This document shows, in pieces, positions 59,820 through 64,000 of a stretch of 64,000 nt of DNA. Origin of the DNA: Minutocellus sp. GHC0000111 (Eukaryota); contig OZ361256.1 in the NCBI GenBank assembly GCA_977018835.1, positions 3,410,001 to 3,474,000 on the forward strand, given 5' to 3'. The position numbers and the translations under genes were made by a program. Below the pieces are notes generated by a model, which had not been told where the DNA came from, searched no databases, and saw only the letters and a program-made list of their open reading frames with translations. Within the stretch, counting starts at the first letter, position 1; each line of letters opens with the position of its first letter.

Positions 59820-62800
59820 TCATATACCTGAAGGACTATCTTCATCACCATTGGATTTTGCCTCTTCATTGTTCAGATCATTTCCAAGATTTCGATTTTG
59901 TACAGGGGAAGCATGCTCTCCATTTTGATCTTGGACAGCAATATCACTAGTCCCAGCTGAAGTTGGTGTTTGGGACGAGTCCTGCGTTTCATACATTCCT
60001 AGCTCCGAGAAGGAGTGGGGAGTCACCATTTTGACTCTGGGCGACTTGATCCTTTTTGCTGTGGCGTTGAGGTCCTTTGCCAACGCTCTTCTCCATTTGT
60101 TTAGGTGGGTGAGGATTGTCACCACGTCGTTGGGATTTTCTTGGACTAACTTTTTCAGGTCGCTCTTACTAAGTTTCCTGAACGGATCATGTCTCAGTTC
60201 CTCGGCAGCAGCGGTCATCACCCCGACGGTCACGTCTTTGATCGTATCCTTTTCTTCCATTTTCCTACGGTTGCTGTGGGGATTTGCATCACCATCACGG
60301 AGTGCTTTGGCGTACCTTATAACTTGTTGCATTTTGGGACTATGGCTAGTATCACGGGCCGGTGGCGACTCTTGAGCGGCATCACCTGCGACTACTTCCT
60401 CATTTTGTCGCGGTGATGACTTCATTCTTTTTGCTCGTCTTGACTGGTCTTGGCCCCCGACTTGTTCCTCGGAATTATCTTGATTCTCATTCGCGTCGTC
60501 AGCATTTTGCCTTGCACTGTTATCTGCATTGGTTGGTTTTGTTGTTAATTTTGACGTTGGTGTAGGCGATCGTCGTCGTTTGGCTGCTGTCGATTGGAAA
60601 ATAGAAATATTAAATTTGAGTAAGGGATACCAGGAAAGAGCAATTATCGAAGAATACCACGGGGTATTCAAAAGGAAGAGGCGAGCTTCAATTATTCATA
60701 TCGTACCTTTTGACCCTGGATCTTTGGCTTTCCATAATCGTTGAGCAAGATTGGGATCATTCTTGTCCTCCTCAGCGGGCTCGTCAATTAGCAGTCTCAC
60801 CATGGCTGCGAATCGGAATTCTTTCCTGAGGTACAATATCTCGTCACTTGTTGACTTGAATCCAACAATGCAAGTTTTATCGTCGAGGTCGGTGTCCGTT
60901 GGAATCTGATCTCGTCTCATCGTTGACGACGAGAAGAGGAACCAATCGTCTTCGTTCTTGAGATCCTTGATTCTCTTCTTCATTGCGTCGCTCTGCAGAT
61001 ATCCTGCGTCTAGTGCTTCCCTCAGCACGGAGACGTATGTAGCCATTGCTAATGATAGCACCTCCGTTGGGGGAGAATTCGATCTGGACGTCCACTCTGT
61101 CCTGTTCTTGTAGGCTGTGGCAAGGATCGTATCTGTCATGTGATCTCTTTTCTCGGCCGATGCTTCGTTGTGACGATCATTCTGATAAGCTCGATATCCC
61201 TGCACTAGCATCGATTTCTCTGCCGACCAGTTTGAGACCTCAACCGTCGTGAATCCTTTGGTCGCCAGGGCAACTTCGGTGAATTCCTTGGTTATTTCTG
61301 ACAGAGCATTGTAGAAGATGTGATTCCTGATGGCCTCCAATATATATGTCGGCAGATTATCGAGGGTGCTGTCGATCACTCCCTTGAGCTTCTTTGTTCC
61401 TCTTGCGCCTTTGCTCTGTTTCCCGGCGATAGTTGATGCCACGTTCCGCAGAAACGCCCATATAAGGTCAAGCTTGTTGTACGAAGCCATCTTTGGATCC
61501 TGAGAAAGTGCCATTTGGAAGGTGATGAGGGCGGAGGGGTTGAGGGCCATCATCGATGCAAGATCAAGTGTTCCTCTGATTTCTTTGGTCAGCGTGAAGG
61601 TGCTCTTTTGCTTCGGGGCCTCGAATTTGTGAACTCCATACGATATTCTGTGACCAATTGCGTTATGGAATTTGGCGTCGTCATCACAGTCGGGATCCTT
61701 TTGATATCCTCGAGCCAGAAGCTTGATCTGCGCTACCACCATTTCGAGTTTCTTTTCTGGCGTTACTTCATCGCCATTTGTCTTTACCTTCGAGATTTCT
61801 TCTCTTCCCCAGAGCGAGGTCGCAGTTAGATTCTTTGCGAGGGCGAAAGCCGCTGCCCCCTAACGGACATGAGTGTTCCTTCGAGAGTACCACCACTCTC
61901 CATGAGACATGATTCTACGGAGTGATGCTTAATTTCCTTGGCCTGGCTGGCAGCATTGAGATCTTTGAGCATGTTGCTGAGTTGCGAGAAATTGGTTTGT
62001 CCCGATGATTGCTGAGCAGCACGAGCATTAAGGTCACTGACTGCTCTGAGGTGGTCTACATCTCGTGTGAAATGAAGAACCGTGACATTGACCTTGTCGA
62101 GGATCTGTGAATCAGCGTGCAACACGTTGGATCCTTGATTATGGTAGCATTCCATTTGCTTCCGCAGCGTCGGGTTGGTCACGTCAAAGGAGCGATTGCT
62201 ATCATCACCATATGGCAAACCGAATGTTTTCATCCACGATGCGAGACCACGGTGCTGGCCATCAATGTTGCAACCAATTAAATTGTAACTCATTGACGTT
62301 GGAAAGGTTGATCCGAGACGACGGCGAGACAAGTAAATCACCATGTCATACCGCGCCCGCAAGACATAGTGAGTTCTTTTCATCCCTGTATATCGGTCCA
62401 AGTCTCGAAGAAGAGGTTCCCTATGCGCAAAGAGAGGAAATATTCGTGAGTGTTCAAATTCTGTTTGAATACCTCTTGGTATTTAACCAGAAAATAAAAA
62501 TCAGCACTTACCCTTCGATCTCACTATTCTTGTCCTTCTCTATGAATGATTCGATGCTCGCAATGTCTTTTGCCAAGCCTTCGGCAATTTTTGAGCACTC
62601 GTCATGATAATCCTGGTTCCAATTCTCCTCTATTCTTCCCTTTTCAATAGTTTCCTGGATGTATTTATCGGCTTCTTCATAGCTTCCTGCTGACAGCATG
62701 ACATAATACAGTACCTTGGGTCCTGAACACTCGACCACGTGCCGCTTTACTGTTGACTCGCCACTCGCGACGCCGTATTCTGCATCGAACACAAGATCCT

Positions 62801-64000
62801 CCTCATCATTATCTGCTTCATTGCCAACGGCTCCGATCATCAGCGTTGCAGGTTGGAATGTAAGCTGCTCCTTCGCCTCATTTCTGCTCCGGAACATGTC
62901 CACTGCGATGTCTTCGGCCTTGGCCCGCTGCACTAGTTGCTGATTACAGCCTCTGAGTTTCAATCGCTGCGAGGAAGTCTTCGGGAAAGGTAACGACACA
63001 TAGGCCAACAGGACAATTGGCCAATCCCCTCTCGAAGCAATGCTTGTTTTTAAATCAACTTTCGTCGTGCTTGCGGTTATGTTTGCGAGATGATCGACAT
63101 CTTTAAATTCATCTTCATCGTCACTATCATTGTCACTCTTGCCGCTGCCCTCACTACTCTGCTCGTCTCTATCGCTGCCACTCGAGTCGTCGTTATTGGA
63201 TGCCTCGCTGTTGGCTTCTTCGGCTTCATCGTCAGCGTTATCGATATTATCAATAGAGTCGTCGTTAACTGGAGGTGCATTGAAGTCCTCTTCTTCCATC
63301 GGTAGGGCTTCCTGATCATTGGTGTTTCCTTCGGAACTAACCTCGGCGTTATCGACGGCACCATGAGGCCTGTCAGTTTCCAGAAGTAGCGTTTCTCGGC
63401 TGGCCATTTTTCGACTCTCCCGCCTTGGTGTAGCAGCGTCGACAAATAGCCTCGAGCGTTCAGTCTCGCTCATTTCTTTATCTGAGGCGTCATCGCTGAG
63501 TTCGTCAAGATTTAGAAAGGTATCCTTTTCGAGCGTATCAAGATGGGCTTTTGTTTCCTCACCCACCCTCGCGAAATGGGCTTGTAGATAGTCATTAAGG
63601 ATCGCCGCCCCATTAGGAGCCACACGGTCAATTTCATCCATTACTTTGGCCACTTTCATCAACTCTGTCTTTGCGACAAATCCTTTATTTTCCCAGAGGG
63701 GCGTAATATTCTGCCATCTGCCCAATCCAACTTCATACCATATGTCATACTTCAAGAGACATTTGACAGCAGGTCTCGAGCGCTTGGCAAAGAGTAGTTT
63801 CATTACTCCGATAATATAGCTCTGGGTGTTCATGTTCACCTCTTTATTCCTAATCAGTTGGACATTGTCTTTCAAGAACTGGCCCAGGTAATAGGGAGTC
63901 ATGGCATTATATCCGACCCAACTACCAGTTGATTTTGTGTTCGGACCGATCGTTGGAAGAAATTCATGAGATCGAAAGAGGTCGTGGATGGATTGCCGCT
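59820..64000 (-). CDS. Large multi-exon protein with an acidic tract and an IDGQHR (ParB/DGQHR-like) motif; 5' end lies outside the window; one frameshift at ~61858
   Basis: Frame open to 64000. GT-AG introns 62511-62421 and 60706-60587 join the ORFs in frame. Adding one base to the C5 run at 61856-61860 joins ORFs 61826-62401 and 60696-61742. Possible further donor at 59827. Confidence 0.65.

Noticed and set aside
1..64000. tRNA, rRNA or snRNA genes
   Set aside because: None recognised by eye. A tRNAscan/Infernal run would be needed to exclude them.

Overview
Gene-dense eukaryotic DNA with short GT-AG introns. It is most likely a diatom (inferred from bipartite plastid-targeting presequences, frustulin-type C[EQ]GDCD domains, a DDEL ER-retention signal and a diatom-type Ty3/gypsy element). 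About 23 protein genes are supported, including an IscA-like protein, an LNR/PAN membrane protein, a sulfotransferase, Pds5, YbaB/EbfC, a ~3200-codon EGF/frustulin/CBM/DUF1800-DUF1501 protein, a HIG1-domain protein, BiP, an alpha/beta hydrolase, a PEP-synthase N-domain protein, PDH E2, MetAP, a BCDIN3-like methyltransferase, ABC-F, GT32, an MFS transporter, DAG kinase and an intron-containing DGQHR-motif gene. One internally deleted LTR retrotransposon (47911-51876, TSD GAAAG) is present. The main signal is that its two LTRs differ almost only by A:T->G:C transitions, many at TpA, and by 2-5 bp tandem micro-duplications, concentrated in one LTR. This suggests a repeat-directed mutator opposite in direction to RIP or CpG decay. 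Two host genes are frameshifted by exact 10-bp tandem duplications, and at least seven genes carry disabling lesions (real or assembly-derived). All counts are manual and all family calls are from motif recognition, not database searches.
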